Assembly: GCA_031283155.1 (NCBI GenBank)
Contig: JAITCI010000032.1
Location: 7,175-71,174 of the forward strand
Direction of reading: 5' to 3'
DNA: 64,000 bases
Source: Spirochaetota bacterium
GTDB taxonomy: Bacteria; Spirochaetota; JAGLSM01; JAKPMW01
Shown here: one piece after another, positions 54,887 to 64,000 of the stretch
Layout: the number at the start of each line of letters is the position of its first letter
Numbering within the stretch: position 1 is the first letter of the stretch
Program-made: the position numbers and the translations under genes
Notes under the pieces: generated by a model
What the model was told of the DNA's origin: nothing
Databases searched by the model: none
Seen by the model: only the letters and a program-made list of their open reading frames with translations

Positions 54887-57301
54887 ATGAAATTGCTTGT
54901 TCGTTTTGCGCTTCTGCTGTTCCTGTTGTGCGGTATATCCCCGCTTGTGTATGCTGCAGGCTATGAAGACTATGATATCGCCAGGATTGAACTCAAGGGC
55001 AATATTAACACAGACAGTTCGCTTATAAGGGCGCAGCTCTCCAGCAGGGTGGGCAGCCGTTTTTCCTATCGTCTTGTCTCGCGCGACGTAAAGGATCTCT
55101 ACTCTCAGGGCTATTTTTCCAATATCCAGGTGGATGTTACCGTTACGCTCGGGAGTATAATCCTCACCTATATTTTTGAGGAGTATGACAAGGTAGAAGA
55201 GATCATCATCAAGGGAAACAGCGAACTCTCCACAGGCGATATACGGGAAGTTATGACTTTGCAAAAGGATACCGTGTACAGCGCTGTCTGGCTGCAGCGG
55301 GATATCGAGGCGATCCAGGAGGCATACCGGAAAAAGGGTTTTCGCAATGCCGGGATTACTTCAACAACGCGCACCGACGCCGAAACGCATCGGGTGTATA
55401 TCGGCCTGGATATCAAAGAGGGCAGCAAAATAGTAGTTGAGAAGATCAGTATCATTGGTGCCAGGCAGCTTGACGCAGGTTCTGTAAAGCGCGCGATTGA
55501 TGATACGCACGAGTCGGGTTTGTTCCGGAGCGGCGTATTTGACGAAAAGAATTTTGAAAAAGACAAAGCCAGAATCGTTGAATACTATCATACCCGCGGC
55601 TTTATCAAAATGAGCATCACGCGGGCTGACGTGCGTATTGCGCCCGTAAAGCCCGGTTCCGCCCAGCAGGGCATCTTTCTGGACATTTATGTCGATGAAG
55701 GCAAGCGCTATAAAATGGGAGAGTATTTTTTTGAAGGCAACTATATCTTTACCAGCGCGGAAATTCTCAGAAAATTTTTTCGCTTAAAAAGCGGCGCTTT
55801 TTTTGACGCCGGTCAGAATGAAAAGGATCAGATGACTCTCTGGCAGGCTTATAGCGAACGCGGCTATATCCGCACAGAAATCACTCCCATACGGCAAATA
55901 GACGAGCAAACGCAGGTGGTCAACCTGACCTTTAAGATCAGGGAAAGCGAAATCGCCCATGTGCGCAATATCCGCATCAAGGGTAACACGCGCACTCTGG
56001 ATTACGTAGTCAAGCGCGAGATGCGCATTAAAGAGGGCGAGGTTTTCAACAGCAGCGCGATCAGGCGCAGCCAGGAGCGGCTTTTCAACCTGCGCTATTT
56101 CAAGGACGTGAATATTGACGTTGAGCCTGTGCGCGAACACGAGGGATTGATGGATCTCATCTTTTCGGTTAAGGAAGATCGCACCGGGCTCTTTACCCTC
56201 GGCGCGGGTTATGGCACCGCAACCGGTTTTTCGTTTTTTGCGCAGATTTCCGAAAATAACCTCCTGGGGCGGGGATTGACGGCTTCCGGGCGCGGCGAGC
56301 TTGGACAAAAACGCCAAAGCATTATGCTTGGCATAGATACTCCGTATACTTTCCTGTATGATCCAACCTCTCTTGGTTTTTCGGTTTCCTACAGCGACAC
56401 CCGGATAGAAAATATCAATACGAATTATATGGATACCGCACTCTCTGTTCCGATGCGCGGCGACGACAAGGAATACCATTTTTCCAGAAAGGCATTTGAG
56501 ATCCAACTGCGCGCAGGGCGCAGTTTATCGGAATGGTGGCGGGGCTACGCCTCCTATACCTTTGCGTGGGTCAACAGTTATGGCGCAAATTTTGTTCCGA
56601 AATCCGAGACCGACGCTGCCACGCTTTCCGCAAGCGCCCAGGAGTATATCCGCCGTTTGCGCGACGCGCTTGCGCGCGGGTACAGCACGAAAAGCAGCGC
56701 GAGGATTGGTTTGCTCTACGATACGCGCGACTATATCGGCGGCCCCTCGCGCGGTATTTATGCCAGTCAGTTTTTGACGTATACCGGCGGTATATTGGGC
56801 GGTGCCAGCCAGTTGATATTATCCGAGAGCAATTTCTCGTTTTTCATACCGCTTTTCTGGAATTTGGTTTTTGCTGTGGACACAAAAATGGAAGCCATTT
56901 TTGATCAGCTTGACGGGCGTTCAAATATATATCCCGGCGACGAGCTTCAGTTTGACGGCATGACCGAACTCCGGGGCTGGCGTGATTACTACTATGCCGG
57001 CCGCGGAAAGATCTCGTCGATGACCGAACTCAGGATTCCCATAGACAAGCGTATGTTTTGGGGAGTAGTTTTCTATGACATGGGAAAGCTCTGGGAGGAT
57101 TATGACAAGATATCGCTCTCTTTTAAGGAGTATAAGCATAGTGTTGGCCTGGGGCTGCGTCTGCAGCTTACGGTACTTCCCATCAGGTTCTATTTAGCGC
57201 GGAAGTTTGAGTATGACGAATTCGGAAAAGTAAATTGGATAGGCGGAACAAAATTTTTCAAGGGCTGGGAAACGGTATTTTCCGTTGCGGGGATTTTCTG
57301 A
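54887..57301 (+). CDS. bamA: outer membrane protein assembly factor BamA (POTRA repeats + Omp85 barrel)
   Basis: Signal peptide, five POTRA-like segments, and a C-terminal barrel ending ...VFSVAGIF. Confidence 0.85.
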   Translation: MKLLVRFALLLFLLCGISPLVYAAGYEDYDIARIELKGNINTDSSLIRAQLSSRVGSRFSYRLVSRDVKDLYSQGYFSNIQVDVTVTLGSIILTYIFEEYDKVEEIIIKGNSELSTGDIREVMTLQKDTVYSAVWLQRDIEAIQEAYRKKGFRNAGITSTTRTDAETHRVYIGLDIKEGSKIVVEKISIIGARQLDAGSVKRAIDDTHESGLFRSGVFDEKNFEKDKARIVEYYHTRGFIKMSITRADVRIAPVKPGSAQQGIFLDIYVDEGKRYKMGEYFFEGNYIFTSAEILRKFFRLKSGAFFDAGQNEKDQMTLWQAYSERGYIRTEITPIRQIDEQTQVVNLTFKIRESEIAHVRNIRIKGNTRTLDYVVKREMRIKEGEVFNSSAIRRSQERLFNLRYFKDVNIDVEPVREHEGLMDLIFSVKEDRTGLFTLGAGYGTATGFSFFAQISENNLLGRGLTASGRGELGQKRQSIMLGIDTPYTFLYDPTSLGFSVSYSDTRIENINTNYMDTALSVPMRGDDKEYHFSRKAFEIQLRAGRSLSEWWRGYASYTFAWVNSYGANFVPKSETDAATLSASAQEYIRRLRDALARGYSTKSSARIGLLYDTRDYIGGPSRGIYASQFLTYTGGILGGASQLILSESNFSFFIPLFWNLVFAVDTKMEAIFDQLDGRSNIYPGDELQFDGMTELRGWRDYYYAGRGKISSMTELRIPIDKRMFWGVVFYDMGKLWEDYDKISLSFKEYKHSVGLGLRLQLTVLPIRFYLARKFEYDEFGKVNWIGGTKFFKGWETVFSVAGIF

Positions 57302-57322
57302 GATGACTCTCCGGAGGTGTGC

Positions 57323-57868
57323 ATGAAAAGGATAGTGTACAGTGCAATTGTATCAGCGCTCCTGATATCGGGTACTGCATCTGCCGCTTCCCTTAAAGAT
57401 ATCATCAAGATCGGCATAGTTGATATGGGGAAGGTGTATGCCGAATATGCCGAAAAAAGCGATAATGCGCGCAAACTTCGTGAAAAACGCGCCAGGCTTA
57501 ACCGGCAGATACGTGAAGAGGCAGCCGCGATTCGCAAAATGGAGAATGACCTCAAAGAGCGTATGCACAATACCTCCGAGAATGAGCGCCGCAGGCGAAG
57601 CGCGGAGATAGAATTCCGGAAAGACGAGGTCGCAAATATGCTGACGCGCGGGAACGCCGAGCTTGATCGCGAAGAGGCCGACATTGTCAAACCAATGCGC
57701 GAAGATATCTATGAAGCCATCCGGTTTGTCGCCAACAAGCAGGGCGTCAAGATCGTGCTGGATAGTTTGTATGTGGGTTTCAGCGATATAGAGCTCGATA
57801 TGACGGACGCCGTGCTGGCGAGGGTGCGCCTGATACTTGCGCAGAAGCAAAACCAGGGCGCGCGATGA
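57323..57868 (+). CDS. skp: OmpH/Skp periplasmic chaperone
   Basis: Signal peptide and a coiled-coil rich about 160-aa body. Its position between bamA and lpxD is conserved. RBS ggagg. Confidence 0.7.
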   Translation: MKRIVYSAIVSALLISGTASAASLKDIIKIGIVDMGKVYAEYAEKSDNARKLREKRARLNRQIREEAAAIRKMENDLKERMHNTSENERRRRSAEIEFRKDEVANMLTRGNAELDREEADIVKPMREDIYEAIRFVANKQGVKIVLDSLYVGFSDIELDMTDAVLARVRLILAQKQNQGAR

Positions 57869-58878
57869 TTCTGCTGGGCGATCTTGCCCTTCGCCTGGGC
57901 GCGATACCGGCAGATAAATACAATGCCATACAGATTCATGGCATCGGCACCCCCGCCTCCTGCCGCGAGGGGGATGTCGTTTATGCCGCTGATCCCGCAA
58001 ATTACAGGCTTGCTCTGCAAAGCCCATGCGCCGCTATCATAATCGGTGAAGGATTTGAAAAGTCGGCAGCAGAAAAGCCGCTGCTTGTTGCGCCGGATGC
58101 GCGCCTGGCCTTTATCACCTGCCTGGAGATCTTCGCGCCCCGCGCTGCGTTTGATCCCGGTATTTCGCCCGAAGCATCCATTCGCGCAGCCGCCTGTATC
58201 GCGTCCACAGCGGTCGTTATGGAGCGGGTCAGCGTATTGGACGGAGCGGCAATCGGGGAGCGCAGCGTACTCTACCCCGGCGTGTTTATCGGGCAGGATG
58301 CAAGCATTGGGGCGGACTGCATTTTGTACCCGAATGTGGTTATCCGCGAGCGCTGCGTTTTGGGCGACAGGGTAATCATCCACGCTGGAACCGTCATTGG
58401 TGCCGACGGTTTTGGCTATGTCCAAAATCCGGATGGGAGCCATCGCAAGATTCCGCAAATCGGCAATGTGATCATTGAGGACGACGTGGAGATAGGCGCA
58501 AATTCCGCAGTGGATCGCGCCGCATGCGGTTCCACCCGCATTGGCCGCGGCACAAAAATCGACAACCTCGTGCAGGTGGCGCATAACGTGGAATTGGGGC
58601 GGCATAATATCCTTGCCGCGCAGGTCGGGATCGCGGGCAGCAGCACAACGGGAGCTTCGTGTATATTTGGCGGGCAGGCGGGTATCGTAGACCACTGCGA
58701 TATTCCCGAGCGCGTAACCATTGGCCCGCAGGCAGGGTTTCAGCGCAAGCATACCCAGCCCGGCAGCGTGTATCTCGGGTCGCCCGCAATCGAGATGGAA
58801 AAATTCCGCCGTATTCTTTCATGTTATCTCAGGCTGCCCGAGTTATTCGGGAAAAGAGATCGGCGGCGGCAGGAATAA
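57865..58878 (+). CDS. lpxD: UDP-3-O-(3-hydroxyacyl)glucosamine N-acyltransferase
   Basis: Hexapeptide-repeat LbH domain of the correct size in the canonical lpxD-fabZ-lpxA context. ATGA overlap with skp. Confidence 0.8.
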   Translation: MILLGDLALRLGAIPADKYNAIQIHGIGTPASCREGDVVYAADPANYRLALQSPCAAIIIGEGFEKSAAEKPLLVAPDARLAFITCLEIFAPRAAFDPGISPEASIRAAACIASTAVVMERVSVLDGAAIGERSVLYPGVFIGQDASIGADCILYPNVVIRERCVLGDRVIIHAGTVIGADGFGYVQNPDGSHRKIPQIGNVIIEDDVEIGANSAVDRAACGSTRIGRGTKIDNLVQVAHNVELGRHNILAAQVGIAGSSTTGASCIFGGQAGIVDHCDIPERVTIGPQAGFQRKHTQPGSVYLGSPAIEMEKFRRILSCYLRLPELFGKRDRRRQE

Positions 58879-58917
58879 TCGGATTGAGCATATACAAAAA
58901 AATTATGGAGGCGAGGC

Positions 58918-59376
58918 ATGGCAAACACGATGGATATCAATGAGATCATGAAAATTCTGCCGCATCGGTATCCCATTCTGTTGGTTGATCGGATTCTTGA
59001 TTATACCGAGGACACCATTACCGGTATCAAGAATGTGACCATCAACGAGCCCTTTTTTCAGGGGCATTTTCCCGGGCACCCCATCATGCCCGGCGTTTTG
59101 ATCGTCGAGGGCATGGCGCAGTGCGCGGGCTGTCTCATGCTGCGGAACGTCGAAAAGCCAGAAGATCACGTCATGTATTTTATGAGTCTGAACAATATCA
59201 AATTCCGCAAGCCGGTGCTGCCCGGAGATACCCTCATATACAAAATGAAGGCGATCAGTTCTACCGGAAGAGCCGCGAAGATTAAGGGCGAGGCGTATGT
59301 TGAGGATAAAAAGGTATGCGAGGCTGAAATGACCGCCATGCGTATCGCGCGCGGCAAGGATTCCTCGGAAGGATAA
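58918..59376 (+). CDS. fabZ: 3-hydroxyacyl-ACP dehydratase FabZ
   Basis: LPHRYPILLVDRI and FFQGHFPGHPIMPGVL signatures. Confidence 0.85.
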   Translation: MANTMDINEIMKILPHRYPILLVDRILDYTEDTITGIKNVTINEPFFQGHFPGHPIMPGVLIVEGMAQCAGCLMLRNVEKPEDHVMYFMSLNNIKFRKPVLPGDTLIYKMKAISSTGRAAKIKGEAYVEDKKVCEAEMTAMRIARGKDSSEG

Positions 59377-59380
59377 TGAT

Positions 59381-60172
59381 GTGATTCATCCGACGGCGAT
59401 TATTGATCCGCAGGCCGAAATAGATACAGATGCGGAAATAGGGCCGTACGTCGTTATCGAAGGGCCGGTGCGTATCGCGCGCTCCTGCCGCGTTATGGCG
59501 CACGTCTGGCTTGCGGGAGATACCCATATAGGCGAGGGCTGCGTACTCCATCCATCCTGCGCATTGGGCGGCGCGCCGCAGGATATCTCCTATGATCCGA
59601 ATAAAATTCGGTCAGCGCTTGTGATTGGGAGCGGGTGCGAGTTCCGCGAATGTGTTACCATTCATCGCGGCGCGAAAGATAACGGTGTAACGCGCATCGG
59701 TTCCGGGGTGTATCTCATGGCCGCAAGCCACGTCGGACACGATGCGCACGTCCATGACGGCGTAATCATGGCGAACTCCGCCTGTCTCGGCGGGTATGCC
59801 GTTGTCGGGCATAAGGCTTTTGTATCCGGGAATGTTTCGGTGCATCAGCACGCCCATATCGGGGCATACGCAATGGTGGGCGCTTCCACCTTTGTATCGC
59901 AGGACATTCCTCCGTGGTGTATCGTGCAGGGCGTGCCCGGGCGCGTGGCCGGACTCAATACCGTGGGGCTGCGCCGGAATGGATTTTCCGCCGAAAGGAT
60001 GCGGAATATTAAAATGCTCTTTCGCGCGCTGTATCAAAGCGATATACCCTTTGCCGCCGTCAAAGAACGCATTGCCGCGATGGACAATGACGACGCGCGT
60101 ATGCTTCTTGAATTTCTGCATTCCTCGCAGCGCGGAATCGCCGCGCGTGTTTCGCGCCATGTTTCGGAATGA
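59381..60172 (+). CDS. lpxA: acyl-ACP--UDP-GlcNAc O-acyltransferase
   Basis: MIHPTAIIDPQAEI start, hexapeptide repeats and a C-terminal helical domain, 263 aa. Confidence 0.85.
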   Translation: MIHPTAIIDPQAEIDTDAEIGPYVVIEGPVRIARSCRVMAHVWLAGDTHIGEGCVLHPSCALGGAPQDISYDPNKIRSALVIGSGCEFRECVTIHRGAKDNGVTRIGSGVYLMAASHVGHDAHVHDGVIMANSACLGGYAVVGHKAFVSGNVSVHQHAHIGAYAMVGASTFVSQDIPPWCIVQGVPGRVAGLNTVGLRRNGFSAERMRNIKMLFRALYQSDIPFAAVKERIAAMDNDDARMLLEFLHSSQRGIAARVSRHVSE

Positions 60173-60602
60173 CGCCCTCCCGTGCAAGGGAGCTCTTTTG
60201 GCCATTGATTTTGGGAAGGCGCGCGTTGGTCTTGCAAAAACCGACGCCGAACGTTTTGTGGTAACACCCCTCGAAACGCTCGAAGCAAAGGGCATATCCC
60301 TGCGCGCGCTCGCGGAACGCATCGCGGATCGCGCGAAGGCGCTCGAGTGCGTCGGGCTTGTACTCGGCTGGCCGGACGAGGATGACGATAGCACCCTGCC
60401 GCTCCGCAAGGAAATATGCACGCTCGCGGAGCAGCTCAGGCAGCGGCATTCGCTCCCCTGCGCCTCCGCTCCGGAGAGCTTCTCATCGCGCGACGCGCTC
60501 ATGTATCTGCATGAGGCCAAAAAGAAAAAAAAGGATCGCGCGCGGCTTGATCACTACGCGGCGGCGGTGATTCTTGAGCGCTACCTCGATGCGTCCCGCT
60601 GA
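60159..60602 (+). CDS. ruvX: Holliday-junction resolvase-like RuvX/YqgF
   Basis: LLAIDFGKARVGLAKTD N-terminal RNase-H-like motif. The start is uncertain (ATG 60159 or TTG 60198). The ORF-track extension back to 59796 overlaps lpxA and is rejected. Confidence 0.6.
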   Translation: MFRNDALPCKGALLAIDFGKARVGLAKTDAERFVVTPLETLEAKGISLRALAERIADRAKALECVGLVLGWPDEDDDSTLPLRKEICTLAEQLRQRHSLPCASAPESFSSRDALMYLHEAKKKKKDRARLDHYAAAVILERYLDASR

Positions 60603-60643
60603 ATTTTTGCTATACTTTATTCCGGAACGCGCGCTGCGCAAAG

Positions 60644-61537
60644 ATGGAGTGTATTTTGGAGAGCATATTTCAGAAAACCCTGAAGAATGAAATTTTTCTG
60701 CGGGGCAGGGGACTCCATACGGGTCTGGAGTGCGGCCTGCGTATATGCCCGCTGAATGCAGGCAGCGGGGTCATATTTTTCTCTGAGGATATGGCGCCAA
60801 CCATGCCGATTCCGGCCTCCTGGCGCTTTGTCCGCGACGTCTGCCATAATGTCACCCTCGGGCGCGAGGGGGTGCGGATACGCACCGTGGAGCATCTTTT
60901 GTCCGCGCTCGCGATCCTGGGGGTGGATAATTGCGCGATCCATGTAACCGGCGGCGAGGTTCCGCTGCTCGGAGGCGCGGCGCAGGAATTTCTGGATGCC
61001 ATCGACGCCGCCGGAACCATTCTTTTTCCCGGGAAGCGTACTGTTCTGCGCCTCTCGCGTCCGGTATGGATCGATCAGGGGGAGCGCTATCTTCTTGCGC
61101 TGCCCTGCGAAGATTTCCGCGTTTCCTGCTCCATAGAATTTGCAAATAAGGCGATAGGATATCAGGCCTGCCATTTTGTTGTCGATGAAGAGGTCTACAG
61201 GCGCGGGATAGCGCGCGCGCGTACCTTTGGCTTTGCCGAGGATCTCGAATGGATGCGCGAACGCGGGCTCGCGCTGGGGGGCGATTATGATTCCGTACTG
61301 CTGTATGCCAAGGACGGTTCCGTCAAAACCGAGCCAAGATATGCGGATGAGTGCGCGCGGCACAAGGTACTCGACATGATAGGCGATCTCAGCCTTCTGG
61401 GCAGCCCGCTTCGCGCGCATATCATCGGGCACAAGATTGGCCATAGTCTTTCCGTCGCGCTTGCGGAAAAGATTGCGCTCTCCGGGGATGCGCGCGATTC
61501 CGCCATGCAGGAATTTTGCGGGAGTGCCCAGCCATGA
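60644..61537 (+). CDS. lpxC: UDP-3-O-acyl-GlcNAc deacetylase
   Basis: IFQKTLKNEIFLRGRGLHTG N-terminus. Zinc ligands (HKVLD...GH) lie in ...ARHKVLDMIGDLSLLGSPLRAHIIGHKIGHSL. Confidence 0.85.
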   Translation: MECILESIFQKTLKNEIFLRGRGLHTGLECGLRICPLNAGSGVIFFSEDMAPTMPIPASWRFVRDVCHNVTLGREGVRIRTVEHLLSALAILGVDNCAIHVTGGEVPLLGGAAQEFLDAIDAAGTILFPGKRTVLRLSRPVWIDQGERYLLALPCEDFRVSCSIEFANKAIGYQACHFVVDEEVYRRGIARARTFGFAEDLEWMRERGLALGGDYDSVLLYAKDGSVKTEPRYADECARHKVLDMIGDLSLLGSPLRAHIIGHKIGHSLSVALAEKIALSGDARDSAMQEFCGSAQP

Positions 61538-62022
61538 AAAAGAGTTGCCGCGGAAGCCTGTGCTGCCTGTATATGATTTCGTTCATCCTTGCCTGTTTCC
61601 CCTGCGGGATACTTATTGCCTGCGCGCGCCCGTCGCCGCCCCTGTACGCGATCACAATAGCGGGGCATACCGTACAGGTCGAGCTTGCGATTACGGACGA
61701 GGAGCGCTCTTTGGGGCTGATGTTCCGCGATGCGCTCTCCGAAGAGTCCGGGATGCTCTTTGTTTTTGATCGCCCGGGTCCGTATTCCTTCTGGATGAAG
61801 AACACCTACATTCCGCTCGCCATCGCGTTTATCGACAGCGAGGGGATAATCGTCAATATCGAAGAGATGCAGGCGCACAACGAGAAACCCGTTTATCCCC
61901 GCGCGTATATTCTGTACGCTCTTGAGATGAATGCCGGGTGGTTCGCCCAAAAAAATATCACACCCGGTATGCGGATAAATTTTGATGATACAATCACAAA
62001 GCAAATAAGGCGATGCAGGTGA
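61534..62022 (+). CDS. DUF192-family protein with signal/lipobox
   Basis: ATGA overlap with lpxC. LEMNAGWF and GMLFVFD DUF192-like blocks. Confidence 0.55.
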   Translation: MKKSCRGSLCCLYMISFILACFPCGILIACARPSPPLYAITIAGHTVQVELAITDEERSLGLMFRDALSEESGMLFVFDRPGPYSFWMKNTYIPLAIAFIDSEGIIVNIEEMQAHNEKPVYPRAYILYALEMNAGWFAQKNITPGMRINFDDTITKQIRRCR

Positions 62023-62408
62023 AGAAGCATATTTTCTGGATACTGGCGCTTCTTTTTTCGGCCTGCGTTACGCGCGAGATCGTTCTGAAGGAAAGCGGCA
62101 CGGTTATTCCGCTCGGGCCGCAAGTTGTTCCGGGCGGCGTATGGTTTGCGGTTGTCATTCCGGATGCCCAAACGGTTACGGTTGCGGGCAGCTTTAATGG
62201 CTGGCGGCCTGCGGAATATCATCTGACGAACACCTCCGCCCTGCGCCTCTGGAGCGGCTTTGTTCCGATAACGACCCCGGGAGAGGCGCAATTCAAGTAT
62301 ATACGGAACGGCTACGACTGGCGCTCTGACCCCTGCGCGCGCAGGGTTTCCGACGGCATGGGCGGAAAAAATTCGGTTGTCGTTATTCCCGCGCCGGTAA
62401 GCGAATGA
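62013..62408 (+). CDS. small lipoprotein with CBM48/E-set (glycogen-binding-like) domain
   Basis: Lipobox LLFSAC. A roughly 90-aa beta-sandwich region reads VTVAGSFNGWRP...L...W...V...G...FKYI.NG. Confidence 0.45.
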   Translation: MQVKKHIFWILALLFSACVTREIVLKESGTVIPLGPQVVPGGVWFAVVIPDAQTVTVAGSFNGWRPAEYHLTNTSALRLWSGFVPITTPGEAQFKYIRNGYDWRSDPCARRVSDGMGGKNSVVVIPAPVSE

Positions 62409-62446
62409 TCGCTTCGCCTCAGGCGAAGCCCGCGCGAGTCTTTCCC

Positions 62447-63379
62447 TTACCAGCGAATAATCGCGGAACCCCAGGTCAGCCCCGCGCCAAAGCCGACAAC
62501 CGCCACGATATCATTCCGCCTGAGGCTTCCATCGCGCCGTAATTCGTCCAGCACAAGCGGGATCGAGGCGGCGGAGGTATTGCCGTAGCGCTCCAGATTT
62601 GTCCGCACCTTCGCGGCGTCCACCCCCAGGCGCTTGCAGGCCGAATCGATGATGCGGATATTCGCCTGATGCGGGACGAAATGATTGAGATCCGCAATCG
62701 TAAGATTGCAGGCCGCGAGGCTGGCGGTTATGGATTCGCAGATCACGTTGATCGCGAACTTATAAATCGCCGGGCCGTCCATGCGGATACAATGCCCCTT
62801 GTTTGCCCATGTCGATTCTGTAAGCGGAGAACGCGAGCCGCCCTCGGGAACCATCAGGAGATCCTTGCCCGCGCCGTCGGCATGGAGATCAAAGGCCAGG
62901 ATATCGCCTGAGGCGGCGGATGCATCGCTTTGTCCCGCCTCAAGAACAAGAGCCGCCGCGCCGTCGCCAAAAAGAATACAGGTTCGGCGGTCATCCCAGT
63001 CCAGAAAATGGCTTAGGGTATCCACGCACACCAGAAGCACACGGGAGTACATACCGCTCTTGATGTAGGCGTTTGCCGCCGAGAGCGCGTAGATAAAACC
63101 GGTGCAGGCGGCGGAGAGATCCACGCACGGGATGGTGCCGAGCGAAAGGCGATGCCCGAGGATAGCCGATACGGTCGGGAAGACCTGATAATCGGGCGTG
63201 GTCGTCGCCACCAAAACAAGCCCCACCCCATCCAGTATATGTGCGTCTTCGGAGAGCATATTCCGGCAGGCGCGGTACGCGAGATCCGAGGCAGACTCTC
63301 CCGCCGAAGATATATGCCGCTGGCGAATTCCTGTCCGGGTCTGTATCCACTCATCCGTGGTATCGATTCTTTTTTCCAA
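62447..63379 (-). CDS. fabH: beta-ketoacyl-ACP synthase III
   Basis: Active-site Cys (AACTGFIYAL), His (VPHQANIRI) and Asn (GNTSAASIP) blocks, 310 aa. Confidence 0.85.
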   Translation of the reverse strand: MEKRIDTTDEWIQTRTGIRQRHISSAGESASDLAYRACRNMLSEDAHILDGVGLVLVATTTPDYQVFPTVSAILGHRLSLGTIPCVDLSAACTGFIYALSAANAYIKSGMYSRVLLVCVDTLSHFLDWDDRRTCILFGDGAAALVLEAGQSDASAASGDILAFDLHADGAGKDLLMVPEGGSRSPLTESTWANKGHCIRMDGPAIYKFAINVICESITASLAACNLTIADLNHFVPHQANIRIIDSACKRLGVDAAKVRTNLERYGNTSAASIPLVLDELRRDGSLRRNDIVAVVGFGAGLTWGSAIIRW

Positions 63380-63575
63380 ATCCTGATTGGTGACAACTGT
63401 ATCCGGGACTGCGCTCCCGCTGCCGATTATACGAACGGTAATGATATGCTACTCCTTGAAATTGGATGTGTACGTTGAATTATATAACAAGTCTTCCAAA
63501 TATCCAGACTAAAACACGGAAAAATCGCGGTAAAAGCGCCGCTATCCGGCAGTATATTTTGGGTAGGGGGACTCC

Positions 63576-64000
63576 ATGCCGCTGCGTGAACCATATAAAC
63601 CGGGTAAAAAAATCAGCCCGGTAAAACGCTTTCTGCGCATAGTTTCATTCGCCTATATATGCTTTGTTATCATACGGCTTTTCTTTTTTGAGAGCTACAG
63701 CATCTCCGGCAGCGAGATGCTCCCCGGCACAAAGCCTGACGACCTTGTTCTTGCCAATCGCTTCTGGAACGGAATCCGCCTCCCGGTTTTTTCCAATATA
63801 AAAATCCTGGATTTCATTTCCGCAGCGCAGGGCGATCTTGTTTTTATAAAGCATCCCTGGTTTTCGCAAAGCGGGGCTGCGGAATTTTTTGACTTTCTGA
63901 CTCTGTCGCTTTTTGGTATCGCGAAAGATATGGAGGTGCGCCTGGTACGTGTGCTTGCGGTCGGGGGGGATCGCGTGCGTATCAGCGCCGACGGCAGGGT
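63576..64000 (+). CDS. lepB: signal peptidase I, 3' end beyond window
   Basis: Hand translation from ATG 63576 (RBS gggtaggggg) gives an N-terminal TM, then SISGSEMLPG (Ser box), RLVRV (Lys-box position) and GDRV (box E-like). The frame is open to the window end. Confidence 0.6.
   Translation, partial: MPLREPYKPGKKISPVKRFLRIVSFAYICFVIIRLFFFESYSISGSEMLPGTKPDDLVLANRFWNGIRLPVFSNIKILDFISAAQGDLVFIKHPWFSQSGAAEFFDFLTLSLFGIAKDMEVRLVRVLAVGGDRVRISADGR

Noticed and set aside
55784-58752. Minus-strand ORFs inside bamA, skp and lpxD
   Set aside because: Shadow ORFs.
59796-60158. 5' extension of the ruvX frame overlapping lpxA
   Set aside because: It would overlap 360 nt of lpxA in another frame. The conserved RuvX N-terminus (LLAIDFG) begins near 60198, so the start was placed at 60159.
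1-64000. tRNA, rRNA, tmRNA and RNase P genes
   Set aside because: None was recognisable by eye in intergenic regions. A computational scan (tRNAscan/Infernal) is still needed.

Overview
This 64-kb window is a chromosomal segment from a GC-rich (roughly 55-60% GC) diderm bacterium. The lipobox-type lipoproteins, a candidate FlaA-like flagellar sheath protein behind a sigma28-like promoter, a K/E-rich P83/100-like exported protein and the TamB-BamA-Skp block fit a spirochete-like lineage, but this cannot be proven from sequence alone. A full lipid A set (lpxA, lpxC, lpxD and a heptosyltransferase) is present. Most genes are housekeeping. The envelope genes are an OmpA-family protein, an Amidase_3 protein, a NamZ-like DUF1343 protein, RlpA-SPOR, a CPBP protease and tamB-bamA-skp-lpxD-fabZ-lpxA-ruvX-lpxC. 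Lipid synthesis is represented by fabF, fabH and fabZ. Also present are pgm, thrC, clpC, an RNase II/R-family protein, rmuC, an ExbB/ExbD-like pair, two CorC/HlyC-family proteins, an NCS2 permease with a MOP-type molybdo-oxidoreductase, a Nif3-family protein, a gamma-CA-like protein, bactofilin and a histidine kinase. The accessory or unusual content is listed in the findings. The most notable items are: (i) a tight four-gene cassette (ACP, alpha-oxoamine synthase, FabZ-like dehydratase, PPTase) that looks like a dedicated amino-lipid pathway; (ii) a lipoprotein HExxH metalloprotease split by a 15-G homopolymer, likely phase-variable; (iii) a HEPN/MNT toxin-antitoxin pair; (iv) an orphan gamma-class N6-adenine methyltransferase translationally coupled to pgm; (v) two dispersed small-repeat families, one carrying a palindromic AACATCCTGTT core; (vi) a GC-rich alternative-hairpin leader upstream of pgm. 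No rRNA, tRNA, CRISPR array or transposase was recognised. Functional calls rest on motifs I could read in the translations; gene boundaries were hand-curated from the ORF track using RBS and start-codon inspection.
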